In this document: piece after piece, positions 11,291 to 21,672 of the stretch
Layout of the letters: each line of letters opens with the position of its first letter
How positions within the stretch are numbered: the stretch's first letter is position 1
DNA from: a virus
Taxonomy: Duplodnaviria > Caudoviricetes
IMG/VR virus record: IMGVR_UViG_3300028591_000012
Span: 32,001 to 96,000 of that record
Length of the DNA stretch: 64,000 nucleotides
Direction: 5' to 3' (one strand)
Notes under the pieces: generated by a model
What the model saw: only the letters and a program-made list of their open reading frames with translations
What the model was told of the DNA's origin: nothing
The model's database searches: none
Position numbers and translations under genes: made by a program

Positions 11291-11555
11291 TCCTATTTCT
11301 CCTTGTTTCTGCGTGATGTTTAGAGTCATATCTCAAATGACACGGTGCACAAAATGCCTGCAAGTTTTCATCTGCAACGTTCATTGGGTTATGGTCTTTA
11401 TGAGAAACTGTAAGAGTTCTTTTATGAGTGTCAAAAGGTTCTCCCGGTCTACGACACTGTTTACCACACTTCTCACATTTCCAGCCAACACTCTCTTTTT
11501 TAGCAAATGCGATTTGTTTCCAGTTAGGAGGATAATCTTTCCAATTTACAGGCAT
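11283..11555 (-). CDS. HNH endonuclease
   Basis: CEKCG...LTVSHKDHNPMN...NLQAFCAPCH. Confidence 0.8.
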   Translation of the reverse strand: MPVNWKDYPPNWKQIAFAKKESVGWKCEKCGKQCRRPGEPFDTHKRTLTVSHKDHNPMNVADENLQAFCAPCHLRYDSKHHAETRRNRNG

Positions 11556-11564
11556 ACAATCTCC

Positions 11565-12188
11565 TTAGTACAGTTTATAACTTCCTTGCCATAAAGCTTT
11601 ATCAGTTCTGTAATCATTTATGATGTTGTCAGAAAGTTTTTTTACGTCTTTTTGACAACTTATAATTTCAGGACATTTTCCGCCTGACCACCAACAGTTA
11701 GGATGACAGCAATAACCAACGGCTTGTAAAAAAGGTTCCTTATCTCTTATAAGATATGCCACTAATTCTTCCATATATTCTCTTGTTCTTTGTTCTGTAC
11801 GTTTACAAAGTCTTTGTCGTGCCATCATAATAAAACTTTCTGCGGTGTGGTCTTGCATAAAAAGCTTATCTTCGTATGGATCTGAAGAACGTTCTTTACC
11901 ATTATTCCAATCTGGACGGCTGCTCTGTACTTCCGGCTGGGGATGCCCCTTAGTTGCACGGATAATTTGCATAATTATTGATTTTGGTCTTGTATCAACT
12001 AAACGAAAGTGTATACTTCTGAGAGTTGAGTGATTTGCAACAATCTGTTTAATCCAGAACTCAACTTCATCTTTGGGCTTGAAGATTTTATTTAGGTCTA
12101 AATCAAGCCACAAATCAATTCCTTCAGTAATTTTACAAGCTTCCCTATAGTCATAGAGAGGATTTCTGTTTAACAATCGAAACCTCAT
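11565..12188 (-). CDS. Divergent ThyX-like (flavin-dependent thymidylate synthase) protein
   Basis: HSTLRSIHF, QIIR, QSSR, RQRLC motifs resemble phage ThyX variants; canonical RHR absent. Confidence 0.45.
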   Translation of the reverse strand: MRFRLLNRNPLYDYREACKITEGIDLWLDLDLNKIFKPKDEVEFWIKQIVANHSTLRSIHFRLVDTRPKSIIMQIIRATKGHPQPEVQSSRPDWNNGKERSSDPYEDKLFMQDHTAESFIMMARQRLCKRTEQRTREYMEELVAYLIRDKEPFLQAVGYCCHPNCWWSGGKCPEIISCQKDVKKLSDNIINDYRTDKALWQGSYKLY

Positions 12189-12851
12189 TTATTTATCCTC
12201 CCTGCTGCTTAATCTCTTTTCATATTCTTCTTTTGTTATTTCAACCATATATTCTGTTTCTGTATCTGCAAAATATCTGTTGATTCCAACCCTCTCGCCT
12301 TTAGGAGTAATGACATAATAAACAGCCCTGGTATTAAAGTCTTCATTATCTCTTGGGAACCCTTTTGCAGTAAACTCTTCCGTATAGAGTTTGTATTTTC
12401 CTGCTGGTGGATAATAAGGCATTGTTATAGGGAACATTTCATCAATGATATTTCCAACAGAGCCGGTGTATCCGTGACCGTCTTTATCATAAGCCACAGT
12501 TCTTTCAACGTCGTGATATTTAATGGTTCCGTCTTTATAAACTTTTTTGAAAAGCTGACCCATTCTGCTGCATTGATATTCTTTATAATCAGCCTGTATA
12601 TCAATGTCACTCCAGACATCTTCCGTATCTTCAATCGGAGTAAGTGGAAGACCTTCGATAAGGCGATTAAGGATATTCCTTGTTATTGCAAAAGAACTGC
12701 CGCTGTGACCATCTTCACACAAAGATTTGTAAGCTTTTAATGCAGACTGAAAACAGCTGCAACCATAGTCAAATGATTCACCATCCCAATCTGGGTTTTC
12801 TTTTTTACAGGCTAATTTTACTTCATTTTCAGCCCACAAACTCATACTCAT
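12189..12851 (-). CDS. Conserved hypothetical phage protein
   Basis: Long ORF; GHSGSS...PLTPIEDTEDVW...YQCSR motif. Confidence 0.65.
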   Translation of the reverse strand: MSMSLWAENEVKLACKKENPDWDGESFDYGCSCFQSALKAYKSLCEDGHSGSSFAITRNILNRLIEGLPLTPIEDTEDVWSDIDIQADYKEYQCSRMGQLFKKVYKDGTIKYHDVERTVAYDKDGHGYTGSVGNIIDEMFPITMPYYPPAGKYKLYTEEFTAKGFPRDNEDFNTRAVYYVITPKGERVGINRYFADTETEYMVEITKEEYEKRLSSREDK

Positions 12852-13221
12852 TTTATTTCTCCTTTATTAACAATTACTTTCTGTCCGTCTTCAATCTCAA
12901 AGTATTCAAACTCAATATCATTGTAGAAAGACAATATAGTACCTTGAAAAGCTTTTATATCTGCTATTACTTCATTATTTTTTTTACGTTCTTCATTTGA
13001 AAAATATTCAGGATAAGCTTTACATTCATTGTATACATAAATACAATGTTTCCGATTTACTATAAGAGCGACAAAAACTATTATTAAAATTGATAAAGTA
13101 ATAATGCAAGCACCAATTCCTGTTTCACAATCAATGCTTGTTCTGTTATGAACTACAACACAAGCTGCCAAAACTAAAATCAAACAAGCTATTAAAATAA
13201 TAAAAAAAATCATATTTCCCC

Positions 13222-13734
13222 CTATTCCAATAAACTTTCAATATCTACATATATTGCAAAATGAAGATGAGGTCCTGTGGATATGCCGCTTCCCCTTCTG
13301 CCTTTTACTCCGCCTGACCAGCCGATAAGCTGACCTCTTTTTACAAACGTTCCTTCAGTTACTAAGGTCATTGAAAGGTGTCCATATAAGGAAGTGGAAC
13401 CGTCTGAGTGCCTTATTTCGAGCAAGCCCCCTAGTGAATCGTGACCTCTAAACAAAGCACCGCCGTTATAGTAAGATGGATATGCGTTGATCACATAACC
13501 GTCATCACAGGCATATACTTCCGTTTTATCAGGACAGGCGTAATCAACTGCGTAGTGATAAGTTGCAGTTCCGTTTATTCCTGGAATAGAATCGCGCAAT
13601 CCCTGTTCAGAAGATTTGTACCCTCTGTATTTGGCCGGTAACGGAAACTGTTTTTTATTCAGTAGTACATAATCGTATGAATAGACTGGACATAACATTA
13701 GAACTGTCAACAATCCGATAATCAACTTCTTCAT
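13222..13734 (-). CDS. M23 family metallopeptidase with signal peptide
   Basis: HYAVD, YGHL and STGPHLHF motifs; N-terminal signal-like segment. Confidence 0.88.
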   Translation of the reverse strand: MKKLIIGLLTVLMLCPVYSYDYVLLNKKQFPLPAKYRGYKSSEQGLRDSIPGINGTATYHYAVDYACPDKTEVYACDDGYVINAYPSYYNGGALFRGHDSLGGLLEIRHSDGSTSLYGHLSMTLVTEGTFVKRGQLIGWSGGVKGRRGSGISTGPHLHFAIYVDIESLLE

Positions 13735-14457
13735 TTATTCCTCCAATCTATTTTTTCCAATTTCAAAAAAATGTAAATCTTTTTCAATACCAATAAAATT
13801 TCGATTTGTATTTTTACAAGCAATTCCTGTAGAACAACTACCAAAGCAGTTATCCAGAACTGTTTCTCCTTCATTTGTGTATGACTTAATTAAAAACTCA
13901 AGCAAAGCAACAGGCTTCTGAGTTGGATGTAATGCCGATTTCTGAATGTCTTTTGGAAACCGAAGAATAGATTTTGGATAACGTTCTGTACTATCGTATG
14001 AAGTTAAGCCTGTTTCACCATAATCTGTTGTCTTTTTACAATTTTGCTTTGATAACGAACTAGAAACTTTTCTTGTATGACCGTATGTTTTTTGTGGATT
14101 ATAAACAGGGGGTTTTTTATAAAAAACACAAATATCCTCGTGACTTCTTAAAGGCATTTTTTTTGCATTTAGAAAACCTGTAGGTTGAGTTTTTTCCCAT
14201 ATTAGATTATATCTCCATAATTTTTTATTGCTCTGCATAAGTTCCGCTGTAAAGAATCCGTTTGCAAATAGAACTATTGCACCATTATCTTTTACAATTC
14301 TTTCATATTCACTCCATAATGGCTCAAAAGGAATCTTTACATCCCATTTATTTCTTGCAGTCTGTTCATAAGGTAAATCACAAAGAATCATATCTATAGA
14401 TTTAGAGGGAATATTTTTCATTTCAACAAGACAGTCACCGTGAATAATGCTTATCAT
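13735..14457 (-). CDS. DNA amino-methyltransferase (N6A/N4C, beta class)
   Basis: DLPY catalytic motif, HPTQKP, DNCFGSCST SAM-binding motif. Confidence 0.92.
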   Translation of the reverse strand: MISIIHGDCLVEMKNIPSKSIDMILCDLPYEQTARNKWDVKIPFEPLWSEYERIVKDNGAIVLFANGFFTAELMQSNKKLWRYNLIWEKTQPTGFLNAKKMPLRSHEDICVFYKKPPVYNPQKTYGHTRKVSSSLSKQNCKKTTDYGETGLTSYDSTERYPKSILRFPKDIQKSALHPTQKPVALLEFLIKSYTNEGETVLDNCFGSCSTGIACKNTNRNFIGIEKDLHFFEIGKNRLEE

Positions 14458-15782
14458 TTTTTACAATATTTCTCCAATATCTTAATAGCGTTCTCCCTGC
14501 CATATTTACTCTGTATGTATTTACAGGCTGTAATGTCATCAACATCACTCTCGGCTGTCATTATAAGAAAACGCTCTTCAACTTCTTCAAAATCAACTTT
14601 TTTCTTACCAGTAAATTGATATTTCATCGCTGTCGTATTTGTAGGTAAATCCGCTGTCTTCAAGTTCTTTCAGAATCAGGTTTCTGAGAGACGTAAACTT
14701 TTCTTCGCTTATATCAAGCCCAGCTGTTTCTAGTACGGTACCAATTTTTACAACAGTTTTCGTATAACCGTACAAGGCACATTTTGTAATGTTGTCACAG
14801 ATGTACTCCATCACGGGTTTGAATTGCGGCGTACTTTTCTGCGCAATAAACCTGTAGAACATTGATTTTTTAAGCTTCATTATTTCCCCCAAATCTATCA
14901 AATAATTTTTTATATAGTTTATAGATGAGCATTGCTCCAAGTGAGACAGGACCAAATAAGTTTACAAATATATAAAAACAGAAATCTTTAGCTTCCAGTT
15001 TTCCGTTTTCTTCCTTTTCGTCTTTAAGGTAAAGGTAAAGAGATATGCCTGAGCAGATTAAATAAAACAGAATGGCAACAATCAGCTTCAGCATACTTCA
15101 CTTCCAACAGTAAGAAGTTCAATACACTTCTCTAAATCTTTAATAAGCTCTTTATTGCTTTTACTGGATTCTTTTATCAGGGTGTATGCAGCATCTTTTA
15201 TACTTTGATATAAAATAGTACCTGCCAAATCTTTATGCTTTTCAAGCGTTTTGTTTAATCTTTCATAACTTTCTTCAGTATTGTTCTGATTAGTACGAAG
15301 TACAGTCAAATCAGTTCTGATAAACTTTAATATAAAATCAGCATCCTGCTGTGTTAAAATAATATTCATTTTATTTCTCCAAAAACCTGCAGATTATCTT
15401 TTCCCAATGTAAACTACACGAGAAAAGACAAGCCCTGCATTGCGGCTTCAAAGCCATTACTTCTCCGTATCGAGGAGGAGGATACGGATATTCGGCATAG
15501 TAGGAGTCGAACCTACCTATACCAATATAAGTAACAGAATGATTGCAAGAATGAATCCAGAAATAAGTCCAAGTAAGAACATTTTTATGAGCTTTCCTTT
15601 ATTATTTCTGTATACAACTCTGTAATCTTCCATTAGAATGTAACCGATTACTCTCGGTGAACGAGCTTCTGCCGGAACGAACTGGCAGTAACGGTAATCG
15701 CTTGCCTCCCTGAATTAAATTTCAAGTTCTGATATTAGTTCATAATAGTAAACAGACTGTTTATAATAATGAACTTACATAA

Positions 15783-15811
15783 AATATAGTTTATAATAAT
15801 AAACTTGTCAA
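15783..15811 (-). promoter_or_regulatory. Sigma70-type promoter with palindromic operator in the spacer
   Basis: Minus strand TTGACA-17 bp-TATATT; AGTTTA-N6-TAAACT at 15788-15805. Confidence 0.7.
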
Positions 15812-15824
15812 CTATTATTATAAA

Positions 15825-16940
15825 CTAAAGAAAAAGTGACAGTAACTTATCCTGTAATTCAGCAACATCATCAAAATGTTCTGGAAGAAAGTTGGCATAA
15901 CGCTCGGTCATACTGTTTTTTCCTGAAGAGTGACCAAGTACACACTTCACCTTTATTTCACTTATTCCGTTTGCAAGCAGATATGTGTTTACGAAGTGTC
16001 TCAAAGAATGAAAGGAAAGCCCCATTTTTATACGGTCTTCACGTTTACTCAATCCGCAGTATTTATAGAATGTTTTTCTGTAAGTGTCCTGAGCTTCTGT
16101 AAAAGCCATATTACCGTTTCTTCTAATGCAGGTATCAAGCAGAACATAAATGCGCGGACAAATACGCACCTTTCTTTTTTCACCGTCCTTGACCGGCTGC
16201 AGAATATTATCATTCATCTGGTCTTTTACATCAACATAAGTTCTGAATAGAGTTTCCCTTCGTATCGCACAAATCTCACTTATTCTCATTCCAGTAACCG
16301 CGGCTACAAGAGAAAATATCTTTCTTTCTTTGTTGTCCCACTTTTTATTAAACGCAGCTTTAAGCTGTTCAACTGTAAATGAAGATTTTGTCTTTGCATT
16401 TACATACATCATAGGAACGGAAACAAATGGATCTGATGTAAGAAGTTTATCAGCCTTTGCGTAAGAGAGGATAATTTTAAGACAGGTACACGACAGATTT
16501 ATTACAGAGTTGGATAACTCCTTTTCAATTAAGCTGGCCCTGAACTTCTTTATATGAGAAGGCTTAATCTCCATAAGCTTTATGTTTTTGAAAAAAGGAA
16601 TTAAAAATGTATCAAGAGTGTGTCTGTAAGCTTTCAGGGTATTCTTAGCAACAGGCTGTTCCTTTCCCTGACCGGCCTGTATTTTATCTGACATCCATTG
16701 TGAGTTATCGTCAAAAAATCCTTTTGCATAAGCTCCGAATGTCATACCCAAAGAAGAGTATAAAAGCCCCTGCGAAAGCAGTTCTGTGCAGTAACATCTT
16801 GCCTGGGTTTTATTGGTTTTACCTGTAGAATGAGCTGTAGTTCTTTCTCCGTCTGGAGAGTAAGTGCGGTAATAATAAACAATCCTTCCGCTTGGAAGGG
16901 TGCGTGGAAATACTGTAAAAGGTTCTCTGTATCTTGGCAT
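15825..16940 (-). CDS. int: Tyrosine integrase
   Basis: TGMRISE, HSLRH, LGH, catalytic Y (TERY); arm-binding N-terminus; start taken at MPRYREP. Confidence 0.93.
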   Translation of the reverse strand: MPRYREPFTVFPRTLPSGRIVYYYRTYSPDGERTTAHSTGKTNKTQARCYCTELLSQGLLYSSLGMTFGAYAKGFFDDNSQWMSDKIQAGQGKEQPVAKNTLKAYRHTLDTFLIPFFKNIKLMEIKPSHIKKFRASLIEKELSNSVINLSCTCLKIILSYAKADKLLTSDPFVSVPMMYVNAKTKSSFTVEQLKAAFNKKWDNKERKIFSLVAAVTGMRISEICAIRRETLFRTYVDVKDQMNDNILQPVKDGEKRKVRICPRIYVLLDTCIRRNGNMAFTEAQDTYRKTFYKYCGLSKREDRIKMGLSFHSLRHFVNTYLLANGISEIKVKCVLGHSSGKNSMTERYANFLPEHFDDVAELQDKLLSLFL

Positions 16941-16945
16941 CGTAG

Positions 16946-17254
16946 TGGTCACAATTTGGTCACACGCTACTTTTACCAGTTCGTTCCGATACTTTTATAA
17001 AACACATAACCCTATGTATTTTATAGATTTAGCGGCAGAAGGGAGTCGAACCCTCGTCATCAGCTTGGAAGGCTGAGATAATGAGCCGTTAGGTGGCGAT
17101 AAAATACGTGTAACTCTATATATTTTCTATATTTGCAACTCTATAAACTGTATATATTTGCAAACCCGATATATATTTATTATACATCATAGTAAACTTA
17201 AAGTACACTTTAATTAACTTGAATAAACTTATTTTGGTCACAAATCTGGTCACA
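16946..17254. other. attP region: tRNA-derived core flanked by integrase arm-type repeats
   Basis: TGGTCACA direct-repeat pairs at 16946/16957 and 17235/17247 flank a partial tRNA, immediately upstream of int. Confidence 0.75.
17031..17091 (-). tRNA. 3' portion of tRNA-Gly(TCC), the attP core
   Basis: Minus strand TCAGC-CTTCCAA-GCTGA anticodon arm, GAGGGTTCGACTCCCTT T arm, CTGCCGCT acceptor 3' side; matching 5' acceptor strand missing. Confidence 0.8.
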
Positions 17255-17585
17255 CGTTTGACTGCTGGTAGTAAAGCTGAATAATATCGTGCAGCATTTT
17301 CCTGTCTTTCTCAGGAATCTTGAGAAGCATAGTAACCATTGTCTTAATGTCATCTGGAATGTAATCAGGAGCATTTTTGTCAGTTCCTAATAAAGTTCCA
17401 ACAGATAATCCTATATAGTTTGCAATATCTACAATATTGACTACATTGGGAAAGGTATCTCTCAGTTCGGTGGCCCTTAAAAGTGCCCTTGCAAGACCGA
17501 GTTTCGTAAGCATATTATTTCTGTTATCACCCATTTCTTCCAGCTTTTTGTCAATAACGTCCACAAACTCTTTTACAGTATTCAT
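17250..17585 (-). CDS. Putative phage repressor (XRE-like HTH)
   Basis: PNVVNIVDIANYIGLSVGTLLG HTH-like end; divergent from a small HTH gene next to int/attP. Confidence 0.6.
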   Translation of the reverse strand: MNTVKEFVDVIDKKLEEMGDNRNNMLTKLGLARALLRATELRDTFPNVVNIVDIANYIGLSVGTLLGTDKNAPDYIPDDIKTMVTMLLKIPEKDRKMLHDIIQLYYQQSNV

Positions 17586-17641
17586 ATTCCTATCCTCTAA
17601 TATTTTATCGGCAGCTTTTTATAAATAGTTTACAAAAATTG

Positions 17642-17670
17642 TTGACAAGTTTATATTAGTAAACTATATT
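17642..17670 (+). promoter_or_regulatory. Sigma70-type promoter with palindromic operator
   Basis: TTGACA-17 bp-TATATT; AGTTTATATTAGTAAACT at 17648-17665. Confidence 0.75.
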
Positions 17671-17699
17671 TTATCTAACGGTAATCTTATAAACAATCA

Positions 17700-17924
17700 A
17701 TGAACAAAGACACTCTCATCTTAAACGGAGAAACCCTTCTTTCAAGGGAGTACGTTATGCAGAAGTTTGACATAAGTTCTGTCACTCTCTGCAAGTGGGT
17801 TAAGAAAGGAATTGTAAGACAGCACAATCTTGGTAAACAGGTTTACTTTATTGAAAGGGAGCTTCTTGAAGACATTAAGAACAGCGGTCCTTCAATCAGA
17901 AAATCTCACAAGGAGAGAGCTTAA
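17700..17924 (+). CDS. Excisionase/Cro-like HTH protein
   Basis: LLSREYVMQKFDISSVTLCKWVKKG, MerR/Xis-type HTH. Confidence 0.7.
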   Translation: MNKDTLILNGETLLSREYVMQKFDISSVTLCKWVKKGIVRQHNLGKQVYFIERELLEDIKNSGPSIRKSHKERA

Positions 17925-18292
17925 TGACCCCTAACGAATATCAGAAAAAAGCTCACACATTTTCTTGTTACGAAAAACCAATCAGTTATGAAAACGTAGG
18001 AACTCAAACTGTTACACACGAACTTGACTGGGTTTACCCTGCTCTTGGACTTGCAGAAGAAGCCGGAGAAGTAGCAGGAAAGTTTGCAAAGTCAGTCAGA
18101 GATGACTGTGGAAAAATCTCAGAAGAAAAAAGACTCGCAATTAAGAAGGAACTCGGAGATGTATGCTGGTTTATAGCAGAGCTTTCTACCCTTCTTGGTT
18201 TGGACTTGGAAGACGTAATGCAGTCAAATATTGACAAGCTTACGGACCGTAAGCAAAGGAATGTTATCCGCGGAAGCGGTGATGACAGATAG
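17924..18292 (+). CDS. MazG-like nucleoside triphosphate pyrophosphohydrolase
   Basis: LGLAEEAGEV, KELGDVCW, NIDKL...GSGDDR. Confidence 0.9.
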   Translation: MTPNEYQKKAHTFSCYEKPISYENVGTQTVTHELDWVYPALGLAEEAGEVAGKFAKSVRDDCGKISEEKRLAIKKELGDVCWFIAELSTLLGLDLEDVMQSNIDKLTDRKQRNVIRGSGDDR

Positions 18293-18428
18293 GAGGATTT
18301 ATGCCACACATTACATTTCTGAACACAGAAGATTCAGAAGAAGTCAGAAAGAAGTTGAATCCAGACGCAGCTAAGCGCGATAAGGACAACGGTATTAAGA
18401 AACCAAAGAATAAGAAGGAGAAAACAAA

Positions 18429-18788
18429 GTGAAAAGACTGATAGTTTTATCTTTACTTGTTTCTATTCTTTTTATCAGTTGTACAAAAAGTCAGGCTCGC
18501 GCAATAGCTACGTGGAGCAATGATTTGAAACAGGAGTACAAGGTGCAGGATGTAGACAACCGTCTGTATAATTATCAGTGGTTCTATGACCAGTACAATG
18601 CCTGTGTCGCAACTGCAAATAACGTAAAGATTCTTGAAGGTGAAGAACGAAAGGGAACTCTTATGGTTTTGAATTCTATGATTTCTGAGTATAACTCAAA
18701 ATCAAGTCAGACCATAAACGCTGCACTGTGGAAAGCAGACAACCTTCCGTATCAGCTCAGTCTTCAGGATTTTGGAATAACTAATTAG
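18429..18788 (+). CDS. Putative lipoprotein
   Basis: Signal peptide ending in LFISC, a spirochaete-style lipobox. Confidence 0.65.
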   Translation: MKRLIVLSLLVSILFISCTKSQARAIATWSNDLKQEYKVQDVDNRLYNYQWFYDQYNACVATANNVKILEGEERKGTLMVLNSMISEYNSKSSQTINAALWKADNLPYQLSLQDFGITN

Positions 18789-18798
18789 GAGAATATGA

Positions 18799-19344
18799 AT
18801 GAAAAACTTTAAGAAAATCCTTACAGCCTTATTATTCGGAGTTTTTGTTTCATCAGTCTGTAGCTGTTGGCTATTTGAACCTTCAGAGCCTACTGCGCAG
18901 CAAAAACAAACACAGGCACAGAAACAGAATCTTAATTCTGCCGTAACTGCTTATCCGACACCACAGGTAAATAATTTCGTTGAACGAAAGACAATTTCTG
19001 AGTGGGTAAAACGCTGGGATAAATCAAGCGTAGTAACATACTGTTATGTATTTATCGGCTCTGCACCTATCGGATATTTCGTAACCAATGGTAAACCGGC
19101 TTCTACACAGTCTTATTTAATTCCTGAGACTAGAGTTGAAGGTGGACACGATTTGGGTGAAGGTTTTGGCGATATGATTATTGAATCACCTGACCTTGAC
19201 GGCTGTTATGGTGCCAATAATCCTGGCTATCGTTTCTTTCTTGCAAATGGAACTGCTGTAGAGTGTTCAGGCGCAATGGTAAGTATGATATATTCGGATG
19301 CTCCATTAAGCTTGAAATGTCCTCTAATTGAGTCAATAAAATAG
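18799..19344 (+). CDS. Putative lipoprotein
   Basis: Signal peptide ending in VCSC. Confidence 0.6.
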   Translation: MKNFKKILTALLFGVFVSSVCSCWLFEPSEPTAQQKQTQAQKQNLNSAVTAYPTPQVNNFVERKTISEWVKRWDKSSVVTYCYVFIGSAPIGYFVTNGKPASTQSYLIPETRVEGGHDLGEGFGDMIIESPDLDGCYGANNPGYRFFLANGTAVECSGAMVSMIYSDAPLSLKCPLIESIK

Positions 19345-19355
19345 GAGAAAAACAG

Positions 19356-19781
19356 ATGCAGGATTTAAATCGTTGGATTGGAATTGGTCGTCTAACAAAA
19401 GACTTGGGAACAGATGAAAGAAGCTTTGGATATGTTGCTAATGGACAGGCTCGCGCAAATGTAAGTATTGCTGTAAATCACAGCAAAAAGCAGGGAGACG
19501 AATGGATTACCGAAGCTGATTTTTTTGATGTTACTATCTGGGGAAAAACTGCAGAAAACCTCAAACCGTATCTTACAAAGGGTACGCAGATTTGTGTTGA
19601 TGGACACTTAAAACAGGACCACTGGGAGAAAGACGGTCAGAAGTTCAGTAAGATTTCCATTGTCGCAGATAACGTACAGTTGCTTGGTGGTAAAAAAGAA
19701 GGTTCGTCTTCTCACCCCTCTGCTCCACAGTCAGCCTCGTTTGATGCAGCTGAAGGATTCCCGGAGTCAATACCTTTTTAA
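19356..19781 (+). CDS. ssb: Single-stranded DNA-binding protein
   Basis: GRLTKD, FFDVTIWGKTAE, VDGHLKQ, acidic IPF tail. Confidence 0.93.
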   Translation: MQDLNRWIGIGRLTKDLGTDERSFGYVANGQARANVSIAVNHSKKQGDEWITEADFFDVTIWGKTAENLKPYLTKGTQICVDGHLKQDHWEKDGQKFSKISIVADNVQLLGGKKEGSSSHPSAPQSASFDAAEGFPESIPF

Positions 19782-19859
19782 TCTTCCAAAACAAGTCAAA
19801 ATTTTATTGAAAATTTTTGATGGAGTTTTGTGTTGAAATATACATAAAACTCCAAGGAG

Positions 19860-20360
19860 GTGTTTATGTTATGTAAAATTTGTGGAAAAGAAAAATCAGA
19901 AGATGAGTTTTATAAAACTGATAAACATCATTGCAAGGAATGTATCAAGAAACGCACTCGTGAAAACAGATTTAAAAATCTTGAATATTATCGGGAATAT
20001 GATAGAAAACGTGGTGAGTCAAAAGAAAGAATAGAACGTAATAAAAAATACAAAGAACGTTTAAGATTAGAAGACCCAGAAAAGTATGACAGAATTTTTC
20101 ACGGTATAAGAAAAAGGTTTAGAGAGAAAAACTCTGAAAAAATAAAAGCGAATGGTATTATAGATGATATGATTCGTTATGGCAAACTTGAACGTCCTGA
20201 AGTATGCAGTATTTGCGGTGTTACTTGTACTCCACAAGCACATCATCCAGATTATTCAAAACCGAAAGAAGTAATATGGGTGTGTGTAAGATGTCACGCA
20301 AACATTCATAAGCAAATAAGAGCAGAATTGCGCAAAGCAGAATCTGTAAAAGAGGCTTAG
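19860..20360 (+). CDS. Zinc-finger/HNH-like endonuclease-family protein
   Basis: CKICG...CKEC N-terminus; CSICG...AHHPDYSKP...WVCVRCH C-terminus. Confidence 0.65.
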   Translation: MFMLCKICGKEKSEDEFYKTDKHHCKECIKKRTRENRFKNLEYYREYDRKRGESKERIERNKKYKERLRLEDPEKYDRIFHGIRKRFREKNSEKIKANGIIDDMIRYGKLERPEVCSICGVTCTPQAHHPDYSKPKEVIWVCVRCHANIHKQIRAELRKAESVKEA

Positions 20361-21073
20361 ATGTATTCAAAGGTACAGTCATTAGGCAGTAACAGAATCG
20401 GCGTATTTGCTGATTCATACATTGAAAACTCATTTGTAGTCCGTAATGCAGATATGGTATATGCGAGGATAAACAAAATTGGTGCAAAGTGGGTTGTATG
20501 GTTTTACAAGAAACACTTGCAGAAAAGTTTTGAAAAATTACGCGATGCCATATCCTGCATAAATGATGACTTCATCGAATATTACAGGAGCAAGAATTGA
20601 GATATACGAAAGAGTTACAGAAGAACGTATGCAATGACATTCAATTCGGGCTTACTCCTGTTCAGTGTGCTGAAAAGTACGGAGTTCCTGTTTCAGTAGT
20701 CATTAAATGGAATGGTCTTGAAATGACCGAACAGAGGGCTGCTGAAATAGCAATAAGGAAATATCAGGTTGAAGTATCGAATACCGAAGCTGACATTTCT
20801 TCAAGGCTGGACGAGTATCTTGATCCTGACATAAGTGATGAAGAACTGTTCAAGATTGATAATATGATTTCAAAAAAGCTTTTCAAGCTTGTAGCTGACG
20901 TCGTAAAGAAGGAACGTGAATTAAGGCCGCAGGAAGAAAAGAAGTCTGACGCTCAGATTATCATAGAGATAACAAACAAATGGAGAGATAATAAGTTCAT
21001 AAAAATGTACAGTCTTTAAGTTTGTTATTTTTTGGACTTACCATAAAATAAATCATTTTTCGGAGGTATAAAA

Positions 21074-21424
21074 ATGAAGAATATTTTAATTTGGCTTGGT
21101 GTTGCTTTTGTTGTTGCCGGAACTGCAATCGGACAGTTCACTGGTATTGAAGCAGCAGCTTGGATTGAGCTTGTAGGCTGGGCTGTAGGTCTTGCCTGTT
21201 GTATCATTGGTATCGTTTCAAAGGCAGAAAAGAAAGACTGGAAGCTTTATGCTTCAATTGCAGGTATTGTTGTCGGTGTTTCTCTGCTTGCCTTTGCTGG
21301 TGTTACTGAAGATAAGATTAAGACTCTTGTTACGGCAATTATTGGTCTTGTAGCTCTTATTGCCAGTGTTATCCCTGCTTTTGTTATAAAGAAAGATACT
21401 AAGAAAGTAGAAAAGAAATTGTAA
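21074..21424 (+). CDS. Four-TM membrane protein
   Basis: Four hydrophobic segments and a basic C-terminal tail; GGAGG RBS. Confidence 0.7.
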   Translation: MKNILIWLGVAFVVAGTAIGQFTGIEAAAWIELVGWAVGLACCIIGIVSKAEKKDWKLYASIAGIVVGVSLLAFAGVTEDKIKTLVTAIIGLVALIASVIPAFVIKKDTKKVEKKL

Positions 21425-21496
21425 ATTTCAGCTCTGCTCTAAAACATATATGAATCCATATATGTCCTCCTGATTTTTTTTAGAGCAGGGCTTTAC

Positions 21497-21571
21497 GGCT
21501 GCATCGTCTATTATCGGTTAGGACATTACCCTTTCAAGGTAAGAAACCAGGTTCAATTCCTGGTGCGGCTA
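21497..21571 (+). tRNA. tRNA-Glu(TTC)
   Basis: GGCTGCA/TGCGGCT acceptor, TTACC-CTTTCAA-GGTAA anticodon arm, CCAGG-TTCAATT-CCTGG T arm; no encoded CCA. Confidence 0.85.
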
Positions 21572-21672
21572 TAACAAAGGGAAGGTTTATTTAAAAAAGT
21601 TTACTACCTTTTCGTAATTTAGTTTTTTTGCATACCTTGCATACCTTCCTTTTGTTTGTTTAGGAGTTTATA

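Noticed and set aside
15494-15523. tRNA gene on the minus strand (GTAGG-TTCGACT-CCTAC T-arm)
   Set aside because: Only a T-arm-like hairpin; the upstream sequence is a short membrane-peptide ORF with no D or anticodon arms.
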